The translations under genes were made by a program, and so were the position numbers. Below are positions 53,092 to 64,000 of a stretch of DNA of 64,000 nucleotides, one piece after another. Under the pieces are notes generated by a model. It searched no databases, was not told where the DNA came from, and saw only the letters and a program-made list of their open reading frames with translations. Origin of the DNA: Daphnia carinata (lineage: Eukaryota). The DNA is taken from contig NC_081331.1 in NCBI RefSeq assembly GCF_022539665.2, forward strand, positions 11,780,001-11,844,000, read 5' to 3'. How positions within the stretch are numbered: the first letter of the stretch is position 1; every line of letters starts with the position of its first letter.

Positions 53092-56000
53092 GACTGTTGA
53101 GTGTGTGGATAGAAAAGTCCTTTTGGCTCTTTTCTTCGTAATGTCACGTGATAGTCACAAGTCGAGTCCAGTATCAATCACCTGATGCTGGGGGTATCGT
53201 TCTGGACGGATGGCGGACATCCCTTTTTTTTCTCCCCATTTTTCTCCTTTTTCATGTAAAAAAAAAGAAAATCTTTTTTTTTTCTTTTTTTTCGTTGTTG
53301 TTGTCCCATTTTCTACTTCGTTTTTTATCGTGCCGTCCGCGTGTGACTTACAAGAGGGAAGCCTACCAAATGAATCGAACGTCGGGCTGCACAGTTCAGA
53401 GGCGTCGGCATCACGCTGCTATTACAGATGAACGCCAAAGACGAGAAGAAGGAAGAACGAAAGAAAAAAAAAAAAATAGGGAACCAGAAAGAGGGGAGGT
53501 TAAACTTCTTTTCACTTCCTTCCTTTCTATGCTAGGCGTCGTGCGTTCGATCCTCTTACGTCTCAGTCACAGTATCTCATCAGCACCGGTCGCTGCTTGG
53601 TGTCTCCTCTCTTTCTCTGTCTCGTCTCTTGTGTTGAACGTGCGACATCTCAAGGCGGGTCAGTTCTACGTCTCTTCTTTTCGGCAGTGAATCTTTTGGG
53701 GTTGACTTAACAGCCACGAATTTCTTGAAAGTTGAAGACGGTCATCAATTCCCCAACTGGATTTGTTTTGTTTTCAATTTCGGGAAAATCACGAGAATCG
53801 ACAAGGACATCAACCTCCCTCTTGTTGCACGTTAATGCCTGGCCAGGTGGAGAAATACAGAAGAGACTGTTGCACGTTACAACTTGCTGCTGGTATGGAA
53901 CCATACGTGGGTCTCATTTTTCGTTTAGCACGAACCAAGCGATTTGGAAAGAAAACAATTTTTTGTCCCGTTTTTTTTTTTTTTTTTTTTTTTTTTGTTG
54001 AGTTGTCTGTGTCATTTTAGCCCCCAAGTTACAGAGCAATAATGCAGTGCATTAAAGAGATACGGTTACCGTTCCGCTTGTTGTTCTGAGGTTGTTTCTA
54101 TCGAATGCTTTCAAAACGTCGTGTGTATCTCTTCTTTCTAACTATGGGAAACGCGATCGCGGAGCTATATCGTCTAGAAGCGCGAGGACGGGACCTATCA
54201 TTAGCCAGGAAAAATGGAAGTCTTGTCTGTCCATCAAGAGAACATAGTTGCCCCTTGGGTTATTTTTTTTTTTTTTTTTTGTGTGTCTGTTGCTCGTTTC
54301 TGTTGCTCTTCGATTCGAAAAAGGAGAAATTGCCTCAGTGGATATGTGAGGGCCAATAGTAGTCTAACGGGGCTTGTTGCGCAAATGTCAGGCTGACAAG
54401 CTTGACTGACAGGCACAGTTAGATAAAAAGAGATTTAAATTCAAAGGAGAAGCAAAAAAAATATATATATGTATCATTTGCATTTTTTGGGGAGGGTAGG
54501 AGACTTGAAAAAAATGTTCGATCGTGCGCCCTTTGGTTTGTTTGCATTTCTCGTTTTTTTTTTTTTCTTTTCTTTTTGCTCGCATGTCTACATTAAAACC
54601 CAGTCAAGCTCCCGGTTGATGTTGCGTATAGAACTGCATATAAGCCGGGACGTTGTATCGCCTCGAGGGAACAAACGAAGCTCTTCCACCCCCTACATCG
54701 CCTTCATTTTGTACGGCAGCAGTTAGATACTTATTTATATTTATCTTCGTCGTTCAATGGTATTTTTCTATTTTCCCGACTGTTTCCCTCTGCCCGGAAA
54801 TGGAGATAAATACCTGAGCAAAGACGATGAAGGAGGCAGTGCGTGAGGGGTGTGTTTGCCATTGGGCTCCCCTCGAGAAAGAACTTACAAGAGGGAGAAA
54901 AAGAAAGAACCTGTTATTAATGGGCTGAATGTCTGGAGCTGAACTGTGTGTCAAGTGGTGTTAGAAAACTATCGGCCAGCAATTGGCAAATGGAAAAGTT
55001 AATTTCATCTGAACTTGTTTTCATTTTTTATGTATCAAAATTTGGCCAGCTGTCGCCTTGTTTTTCTTTTTCTTTTTTTTTTTCGTTTGCTGTCATTCAC
55101 GTTTTCTAATGTCTTCAGTATAGAGCGTCAGATCCATTTTTGCTCTGAAAGTGAAAAGTAAAAAGCGAAATATCTGTCATGTCCGTGAAGCTCTTATTTT
55201 ATTTTTTTTTACGCATAAAAATGTGAATCAAATGAAATAAAAGAGCCATTTTCGTCAAAGTGACAGGTGAGGTTGGCAAGACATCCAAACCGCCCCCTTT
55301 TTTTAGTTCCGTGATCAGCTCTTGATAGGATTTCGTGACCCGTGTCGTGAATCTTAAATCTTAAACAAAACAAAACAAAACAAAAAAAAGTCCTGTTTTG
55401 AAAGGATTTTTTAAGGCAAGTCCTTTAAGAGGCAGATAAAAGAAAATGGAGTATGCCACTAAAAGCGTTGAGGTTCACCATGTCTAACACAAAATTCCAA
55501 TGAAAAAAAAAAAAATACTCGGTAGATGTCGAGGCCAGTTGTTGGTTACTTTCCGTAACATTTTTGGTCTCAATCTCTTTTGGTTTTCTTCTTAAGAAAA
55601 AAAAAAAAAAAGGTTATTAGTTATGTATCATTTTCTTCGAACGAGATGATATCGTCCCTGAATATTTTTTTTTTCCCTCGGGGGCTGAATAAATAGCGAC
55701 ATTGTGTGGGTTTTTCCCAATTTTTTTTTTTTTTTTTTTTTTTTCGTTCCTTCAGTTGATTCGGGATTCACGAGACGACAAGCGTGGCTAAAGGCAAACG
55801 GCATTGCGGTTACAAATTCTTTCCTCGTTACTTGTCAATTCTGCCAAAATTGGCTACCAGGAAAAACGACAAGCAAAAGAAGAGCCAATTTTAATGTTTC
55901 GTGATTTTTGACTTTGTCTTTGAAAAAAAAAATAGGCAAACCTAGCAAGTGTATAGCATTCAAAAGTCGGTTCCCTCCGGGCACGTGTCCGTGCATCAGA

Positions 56001-56797
56001 AGAGGGTGGACCTCGTCCTCGTTGCTGACGAGAGAGCCAGCGTGATGGGTCTTGTGGCTTGAAGCGTACACTGTTGTCAAGTCACGCGGGATTGCCACTT
56101 CAACTTTTCCTGCCTGCAAAAGTTTGAAAATGTCGATGCAGCATCACCAAGCATTGCGCATTCTTATTCCATGGTTGTTTTTTTTTCCCCTTCATCTTTC
56201 TTTTAGCTATAGACCGATGGCGTACACACACAGCGACGCTCTAGATAAATATTGAGAAGAGGGTGGGGGAGAGAGAGAGAGAGAGAGGACGTAAGTAGCT
56301 CGATAGGTATGCATATGGATGAGAAAATGCATAGGAAAACGATCCCGGGTGTTGTAACGAGCTTCCACGGAACTCGGGAATCGCTGTACCCATTTTCTTT
56401 TTTTGGAATGGAGAGCGCGCTAAAGAATCCGTGGTATTTTTCTTGATCCTCGTTTTTATTTTTTCTTCCACCCCCAACCCCTATTCCGGAAGGAAATGAA
56501 CATTGCCAGACCTACCTCACCTTTGCACAGTGCATTTTCGAATATCCTTTTGCACTCGTTGCTATTTGGTTTTTTGGAATAGATCACGAGCGGGGGAGGA
56601 CGTCGGCGGAAGAATCTCTGGGCCTTGTGTTTTCTCCCCCCCCTACGCTGCACCAATTAGCAATGTCTAAAGCCTTAGACTTCTCGGTTAGGGAAAAGAA
56701 GAAGAACGGCTCCCACATGAATAGGATCCCCGGCTACGGCCAAGTTTTTATCCACACCGTCTGTCTCGTACGATCTCGTTCATCATCCCCCCACTCT

Positions 56798-56993
<196 letters not shown>

Positions 56994-57895
56994 CCCATCA
57001 TTTTCTGGTTGTGTGTTATGTTACGACGTTAACTTGCGCATCACTGGTTTCCACCTACAGCAGCCCAAAGTTTGAAGAAGAAGATGATGTCGTGTACAAG
57101 GTGATACACGTGTAAGACAGCCGCCAACTCGTGTTCACTGAACTTTTTGAAGTTTTCCTACACCGTCTTTCGATGAAAGCTTATTCGAGCCACCCTTCTT
57201 TTTCATCCTCTTTTTTATTTTCAGAGGATATTCGTTTCATCCAGCGGGTTTTTTTTTGTACAACATTTTTCGTTTTTTCTCTCTCTGCCGAGTTCGCCAA
57301 CTCATCGAATTGTCAGATTCTAACAGCTGTACGTTGATATGAGGTGGCAGCACGTGATTCAAAAAAAAAAAAATCACGGAGTCGTACGTCTGGATTTATC
57401 CGGGTCGCGACATGTGGCTTTTTCCCTGTAACCCAGAATGACAAGAAAACCCACTGCCACTGTCAGAATTGAAGTACTTTCGTCAATAAAAAAAAAAAAA
57501 AAAAAAGAGAAGCTAGCCAGGCTATAGCTCTTGGCCGTCCATGGCAATAGCATAAAGCAATATTTTTATTTTATTTTATTTTGTTTTTTGTCTACTTTGA
57601 ATGTACCATTTATGTATAGATGGTACGGTTGGTTGAGTATCAGTGCCGGTGGCTAATGCTCGGTCAGCTGTGAAATTGAAGCGTGAGCTCTCAAGTCGTT
57701 GCAGCATTCGGGAAAGGCATCGCTTGAGATCCACGTCTGGTATAGATCCCCCCGAACGACTAGGCAATTTCAACGCTCGACGAATTACAAGTCACAGATT
57801 CTCATTATGACTATAGCGACAGTGGTCGAGAAGCTGTCACATGTTTGGGATCACGACGTGCCACATTGGCAGTATTCACATACGTATAAGAGCGC

Positions 57896-57916
57896 GAGAG
57901 AGAGAGAGAGAGAGAG
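57896..57916. repeat. (GA)10 microsatellite
   Basis: Read directly from the sequence. Confidence 0.93.
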
Positions 57917-58671
57917 CGAAGGGTGAAAGGGGCAGATACATTATTGCCATGGTAATGTTCGTCCTGTGCTTTCACGCACAGCCGGGCGGAAGCTTCATTA
58001 AAACGAGAAAGTCACAAGACGGTGCGCTTGCTACTTGTGTGTGTGTGTGTGTGTGCGCGCGTTTATACTATCGAACTAACAACTAAGACGACTAATAATA
58101 GATAATACCCAAACTCTGTGTGTGTGTGTCGCGCTATTTCGTTTTTATTTTGTTGAGCATTCATTTTCTTTTATAAACAGCCAAGACCAGTTATTATTTT
58201 AGTTCTTCGCGAGTCTCTCCGTTTTTTTCTATTTGTTTTTTTTATACATGTATAACTGCGTTGATGTCGACGATGCAGTGGTTGGTCGTTTTTTATTGCA
58301 CTTCATTGGCAGTCCGTCGCCGTGTGTGCCGATGATGTCGCAACAACTTGGTTGGTCGTCAAAACGAATTCCGGCCAGCAGAAAGAAAAGGGGGGAAACT
58401 AGCGGCCAGAGGAAACGATTCGTAGTTTTTTTTTTTTTTTTTTTTTTTGGGGGGGGGGATAGCGGCAGAGATGGTCGTCGTCACGGCATGTTGGCTTTTT
58501 TAATGACTGGCGAATCGCTCGTTGCCGCCGTCGTTATCATCATCACGAAACGCCACCATCCTTTTTTTTCTCACTCGGCTAGCGGGTCGGACAGCGTGCG
58601 GAACCCAAGCTCCCCGTTTCCGCCGTGTCGTAAAAGGGTAACGGCCGGACGGACGCGTCATCCAGCAACTA

Positions 58672-58690
58672 TAGTAGTAGTAGTAGTAGT
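58672..58690. repeat. (TAG)6 trinucleotide repeat
   Basis: Read directly from the sequence. Confidence 0.92.
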
Positions 58691-59577
58691 GCGAGTATTA
58701 ACAGAGAAATGAGAGTAAATAGAAATAAGCCTCGAGCTTTAAATCCCTTCTCGCCCCTCCGCAAAAGCCGGGCCAGATGACGAGCAATGCGCTATTATAT
58801 ATCCGAGAGTTGAAGTTGCTGTTTTCACCATTTATTTTTATTTCGCCAGTTGGTGGCGCCGTGCGTTTGAGTAGGATCAACTGTTGGCCGACTCTCGTCA
58901 TCTTAAAATTAAGTGTGTAGCCACTGAAGAGAGCAGCTCAGAAGGTCTTAAAAAGAAACGCTGTTGCAAGGATTTGGGAAGTGCTCAGTAAACAAACCGA
59001 ATTGTCTGTTTGCGAATGTTAAAAAAGGCAGACGACAGCACAACTGAAAGAGTCGGTCGATCGTATTTCGTGAAAGGAGAGGGGGGGGGAGCATGCACGT
59101 TTTGCAGTTACTTAATCCCAAGGTCGGGTTTTTGGGGCTTTGTTTTTTTCGGGCAATGATGGCCACAAAAACAAAAGGTGACGTCCTTGCCGTTCCAATC
59201 ATCGAACCGTTTTCTTTTCGATGCTCTTTGCAAAAGAGCTCTCCTTGTAAAACGAGTAGCAAACGGCCCCGGCAATTCGAGACGGCCTCTTTCGACGATC
59301 ATAATGAGCTGAGACGGTGAAACCTTTTTTTAACACCAGTGGCCGTCTCGTCCTCGGTGTTCTCCGATTGCCCGGTTGACTTACCACTTTTCATCGTCAT
59401 TGCAAAAGCCCATGACGCAGATCCTTTTGAAGGGCTTTTCGCTGATTAAAAAAAAAAAGCGCATTGGTTAAGTGAAATGGGAAACCTCGACCCGAAGGAT
59501 TCAAATTGATTGGTTCAATGATGTCACAAATGATTGCTAACTAACCACATGATTATCATATCGTCCGGCCCCGGCAG

Positions 59578-59784
59578 GGTAGAGGCGCCACATCCACTTT
59601 GGAACGATACCGTATTACGACATTGATCCGACTCTTGGATGATTATGTCGCTCCGACTCTGGTTGCTAACGCTCCCGAGGATCACGATTACCGTACGTTT
59701 TGCAACCGAACGTTGCCAATGAAGACGGGACAGAGCTCTCGTATCTTATTCGTTCTCTTCTTGCAACGCACATTAAATAGCTAA
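59578..59784 (+). other. Weak candidate exon, open in phase 0 (GRGATSTLERYRITTLIRLLDDYVAPTLVANAPEDHDYRTFC...stop)
   Basis: Double branch-point motif CTAACTAAC (59537-59545); the first downstream AG is at 59576-59577 and the frame is open to a stop at 59784. The pyrimidine tract is weak. Confidence 0.18.
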
Positions 59785-61538
59785 ATGTTTAGTAGATAAA
59801 AAAAAAAAAAAGAAGACGCAGCACGAAATGGATCGAATTGAAGGAAGAAAAAAAAAATAAAATAAGATTAACAGCCTATAGTGGAAAGACAAAGCACAGT
59901 CGGCGTGAACGGCCGTAGACGGCAGCGAACGAATCGACGTGAATCCGCGTCGTACAAGCCCTCCGCAATGGTTTCGTGCTTTTGATGTGGCTTGATTTAT
60001 GAAACGATGCGAGCAGAATAATCTTTTATGCCCGTAGCTTTTGTTTCTGGCAGTGAATCTCACGATTCCTCATTCCTGTACGAACGGCCAAGGTCTTACG
60101 TCTTCCATCCCAAAAAATGATGCCGAGGAGTTGCGACAGCGATATGGTTAATTGATGAATGGAAAGATTATTGGTGGGGCTTTACTTTTGCCGGGTGTTA
60201 GTCTTGACGCGTGTCGGCCATGGCAAAACAAAACAAGTTTGAACGACGCGAGGACACGGTCGGATGCTGTGCAGACGCTAGCGCGGGCCACGTTTGTGTA
60301 ATTACATTAAAACAAGGCAATGCTTGACTTGCTTTTTTCTCGTCCATTTGGCCACATCAACTGTGGGGAAATGGATAGTGAGAACAAGGGGGAAGGAGAG
60401 GCAAACCAAAAATGCCGTTAAAGCACGTGCCCGTGAAAACACGCCACCGCAACGACTCGCGCGTGCGACGTTTTCGTTTCTTACTGTTACTAGTTGTACA
60501 ACTATCGATGTAGTTGGTGTGTGTGTGTGTGTGCGTCTGTATTTATTGGTGAGAAAATGCGGTCCGTCTTTCCCATGCCGTGGCACACGCTCACACGTTT
60601 AAGAATACGAGGCAATCTTTGATGACCCGGGGCCCTCGTAATCTACCACGTCGGGCCCAATTTGCTTCGTTGACTTTGCATCAAGCAACCAGAAGCTCTC
60701 ACTTTTCAGACCGTAGCTTTCCATCTGCTTCTTTCTTTTGTTTTTGTTTTAACCTTCTTGCCATTTCCTTGTCTTTTGGCTGTTAGCAAAAAAAAAGAAA
60801 AGCCAAGACGAATAGTTGGTGGCTAGTGGCTGTAATTGAAAATGACAGAGCCAGCAGTTTGCTCATTACAGCACCGCACTCTTAGAGAACAAACGAGGAC
60901 CGTACGTTACGTGATCGCCCATCAATGTTGATGGTCAGACTATGATGTTGCCCACAACGCCACTTGATCGTCATCGGGAAAAAAAAAATCATTTCTATAA
61001 AAGTATGGTATTTTAGATGTAACGTATAGAGAGGGACGACGTCTGCGTTCGAAATGAATGCCGCTTATTGTGGTTTTTTGGGGCTCAGTATCTAGCAAAA
61101 GAGAAAATAAACAACAGGCCATCAGGCGCATCGTTCAATCTACTGAAAACGTACAACACGTGAGAGATTTGGAGTGGATGTTGGATCTGCTAGTCGGCGT
61201 CAGCTTGCATTCTTTGCTTGCCTCTATAGATAGAAAGCTTTGGATCGACTCCCAGCAGTTGCTATTCTTGTTCATTTTTTCCGTTTTCTAATTGAAACCA
61301 AATCAAATAGGAATTCATTGGCCCGTTTCAGAGCCTGACGTGAATAGCAAACAGAAATGTTCGAGATAAAAGATATCAATTTGTAATCCTATCCATCTTT
61401 AGTTTTTGAATCTTGTTGATACCTGATCGCATTCCAGCCTCTCTTCATCTCTTTTTCCTTTTAAAACAGAACAAATGAAGTCTTTTCGCTTGACTTCTTC
61501 GTAAGCTTTTAGCTCCTTCAGTACTGTGAGTTAGAGGG

Positions 61539-61541
<3 letters not shown>

Positions 61542-61579
<38 letters not shown>
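61542..61579. repeat. C38 homopolymer
   Basis: Read directly; the length may be unreliable. Confidence 0.92.
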
Positions 61580-61582
<3 letters not shown>

Positions 61583-62750
61583 CTCGACATGACTTTTGGA
61601 CGCACTCTATCAAAAAAAACCGCTAAATAAAGAAGAGAAACTGACGTTACAAGCTTTGAATAAAACTTGACGTTGATTTGATCGTCGGGGAGAAAGAAAA
61701 ATCCTTGACTGACCGTCCCTCCACATTTGATTTCTTTAAAGTGCGAGAACGGAAACTTTTTTTAAAAGTCATCTAACTTTAATGTTGTCACGGCGGCCTA
61801 TCGTCGAGGACGACCATTATTGACTGGTGAAGACCGGAATTGGGTTTTTTTTTTCGGAGGGCTGCTCGTCAACGGTGCAAAGTGAATCCAATCGCGGAGC
61901 GCCTCGGAAAGTTTGTGGAAATCGCGCCGCGATTGAACGGGCAAACTGGACCGTGAAACGATGACAGGAAGTTGTTTCCTCGTCGGCAAGAAAACGCGAA
62001 GAAAAGGTGGGGACGTCGTTGGCAAAAGGGGTGGGCACAAATGACGCTTTTGACTGTCTATATATTGCGTCTCGCATCATTGGCATTTCAGCCGGAATTT
62101 TTTTATCGATTTATAAAAAAAAAAAAAAAAAAAAAGGGCTCCCCCTTTTTTTAAAATTTTTTATTTCCTCTCGTTTGTTCATTTGAAAGAAAAAAAAACA
62201 GCCGCTTTTGGCACAGCTTTTTGTTATGAAATGCGTTTGTATGTGTTTTGTTGTTTGTCTCACTTTTCTTGAATTATTTAGAATAAGAAAAGAAGGCCGA
62301 CACGATGCGGATTCACGGTTTAAGTGGGATAGAAATAGCCGCTTCTTTGATAGCTCGGTTTATTTTTGAAGGAAAAAATAAAAGGGTTAACAAAACAACA
62401 CGTTCCGGGTTCTAGTTATGCATTTTCGTTTTAGTTGAATTCAAAAATTGTTTTTTTTTACCGCTACCCTCCGCATGAAAAATGATTCTTTCAGAATTTT
62501 TTTTTTTACCTTTTGTTGACGCTTGTTTTTTTTTTTTTTTTCATTCTTATTCCTTGTATGGTCCACCTTCTTTTTTTAGGGGACTTTTGAGGGCGGTTTG
62601 TTCCTCTTCATTTAGTCCGTGATATCACCAAACGGCCACTTTGCTCTTCTTTTTGTGGTTTCTTTATATTCGGATGTAATATAGGACATGGACGACATCT
62701 CTTTTGATGCCTTTGTCGGTGCAAACGGAGCCGTCTTTTTCTTTCTAGTT

Positions 62751-62752
<2 letters not shown>

Positions 62753-62798
<46 letters not shown>
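62753..62798. repeat. (TC)23 microsatellite
   Basis: Read directly from the sequence. Confidence 0.95.
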
Positions 62799-62800
<2 letters not shown>

Positions 62801-64000
62801 TTTGATGTATTTTCATTCGTGTATCCTCTTCTTCTAAATTTTAATATTACCGTTTCTCTTGTCTGTCTCGTCCCGAACAACCGGAGGAAATTGAACGACC
62901 GGTTGATGTTTTTTTTTCTTTTTGATATTAAAAGAACAAGCCGAAAAAGATTTAAAAGGCTTATCCGTTGGCAAGTAAACAACAAAAAACTGAAATATAA
63001 AAGCAAATAAATTCAAACTCAAGGGAATATAAGCGGCAAAGACGAAAACCAAATACATTCGACCAAGAACCGTGTTGCTATAGTCTACAGAGAGCACGAG
63101 GGTAAACGGACCCTGGACCTTCCCTTCCAAAAGGCGGAAGAAAAAAAAACATTAAAAAAAAGAAAAAGAACAGCCAGGTGTTGAAAACGAACGTGTCCCG
63201 GACGCGTCGACTATCTCTCTTTTCTTTTCTGCGTTGTGTAACATTTTCTCGCCGTCAGTTTACACGCAAACACCCCTTTTCTTGTTTCCTCTTTTTCTTT
63301 TTTCGGATCTTCTTTTACATCGGCGTTGCTCCTCCGCGTTGTCGGTTCTTGTGTTTTTACTATGCCCCCTCCAATTTTTTTTTGTCTTGTTGTTTGCTTT
63401 GATTCCGCAACGGTGACGACGGCTATTCCCTGCAGCTTCGCAAAGAGGGTGGCCCAGGCGTTATATAACTTGCTGACAGTATGTTGTTGTCTGTTCTTTT
63501 ATTTTACTCGGCAAGCGCAGCCGTCACATTGCCTCTTAGTCTTCTATTCTCATGTCGCGTTGTCGCACTTCATCACGAGGCGACAACTGCCCTTTTTTCT
63601 TTGCTTCAGGCTTGTTATTATCGGCTGCATTTGAAGCCCAACGTTTTTTTTTATTTTACACGCGTTAGATCCTCTGTGTACGGTGCGAGTAAAGTCCATA
63701 TCCGCACGTCATGCATACAGCCGTTCACGCCCCATCCCTCTTGCCAGCGCTGCCGTTGTGCGCGTTTACAACCCCGCCGCTCGAGTGCGGATTTTAATGA
63801 CCCGTTTGAAAACAACTTCGAATGTTCGGCTAAAAACCAGAGAAAAAAGTAAAATAAAATAAAAAGAAGAAGCTTTACGTATAGGGTAAGCGCTCGCACG
63901 CGCGTGTAAGTTCTATAGCCAGTAGGCAAAAGCTGTGCTGCATTACACGAGTCTTTTGAAATCATTTTGAACGACCCAGAACTTCTTATTTATTTTTTTT

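Noticed and set aside
55942..56113. Minus-strand exon-like GC-richer segment (AGKVEVAIPRDLTTVY...) after ttttgcag
   Set aside because: Weak donor (GTTTGC), no partner exons or recognisable homology, and antisense to the better + strand model.

Overview
This window reads as AT-rich eukaryotic non-coding DNA. It has dense A/T homopolymers, many short G/C runs, (GT)n and (CT)n microsatellites, and no visible CpG depletion. That style suggests an invertebrate, possibly a Daphnia-like arthropod, but this is an impression rather than an identification. No ORF in the supplied track resembles a protein family I recognise, and the longest are microsatellite or homopolymer artefacts. I found no intact tRNA, rRNA, transposase, CRISPR array or known miRNA. 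The best-supported model is a + strand transcription unit with an Inr-type start near 25388, a ~605 nt non-coding first exon ending at a consensus donor (AAG|GTGAGT, 25992/25993), and very long introns. It has a clean 132 nt candidate exon at 44532-44663. Weaker leads are a tRNA-Arg-like or Pol III-like rod hairpin at ~13063-13121, a 13 bp perfect inverted repeat at 11610-11684, a DRE/CGATA cluster, CTCF-like and Pho/YY1-like sites, and a speculative minus-strand micro-exon chain at 2217-5527. I cannot support a claim of a novel biological system. All functional calls are by-eye hypotheses that need RNA-seq or conservation data.
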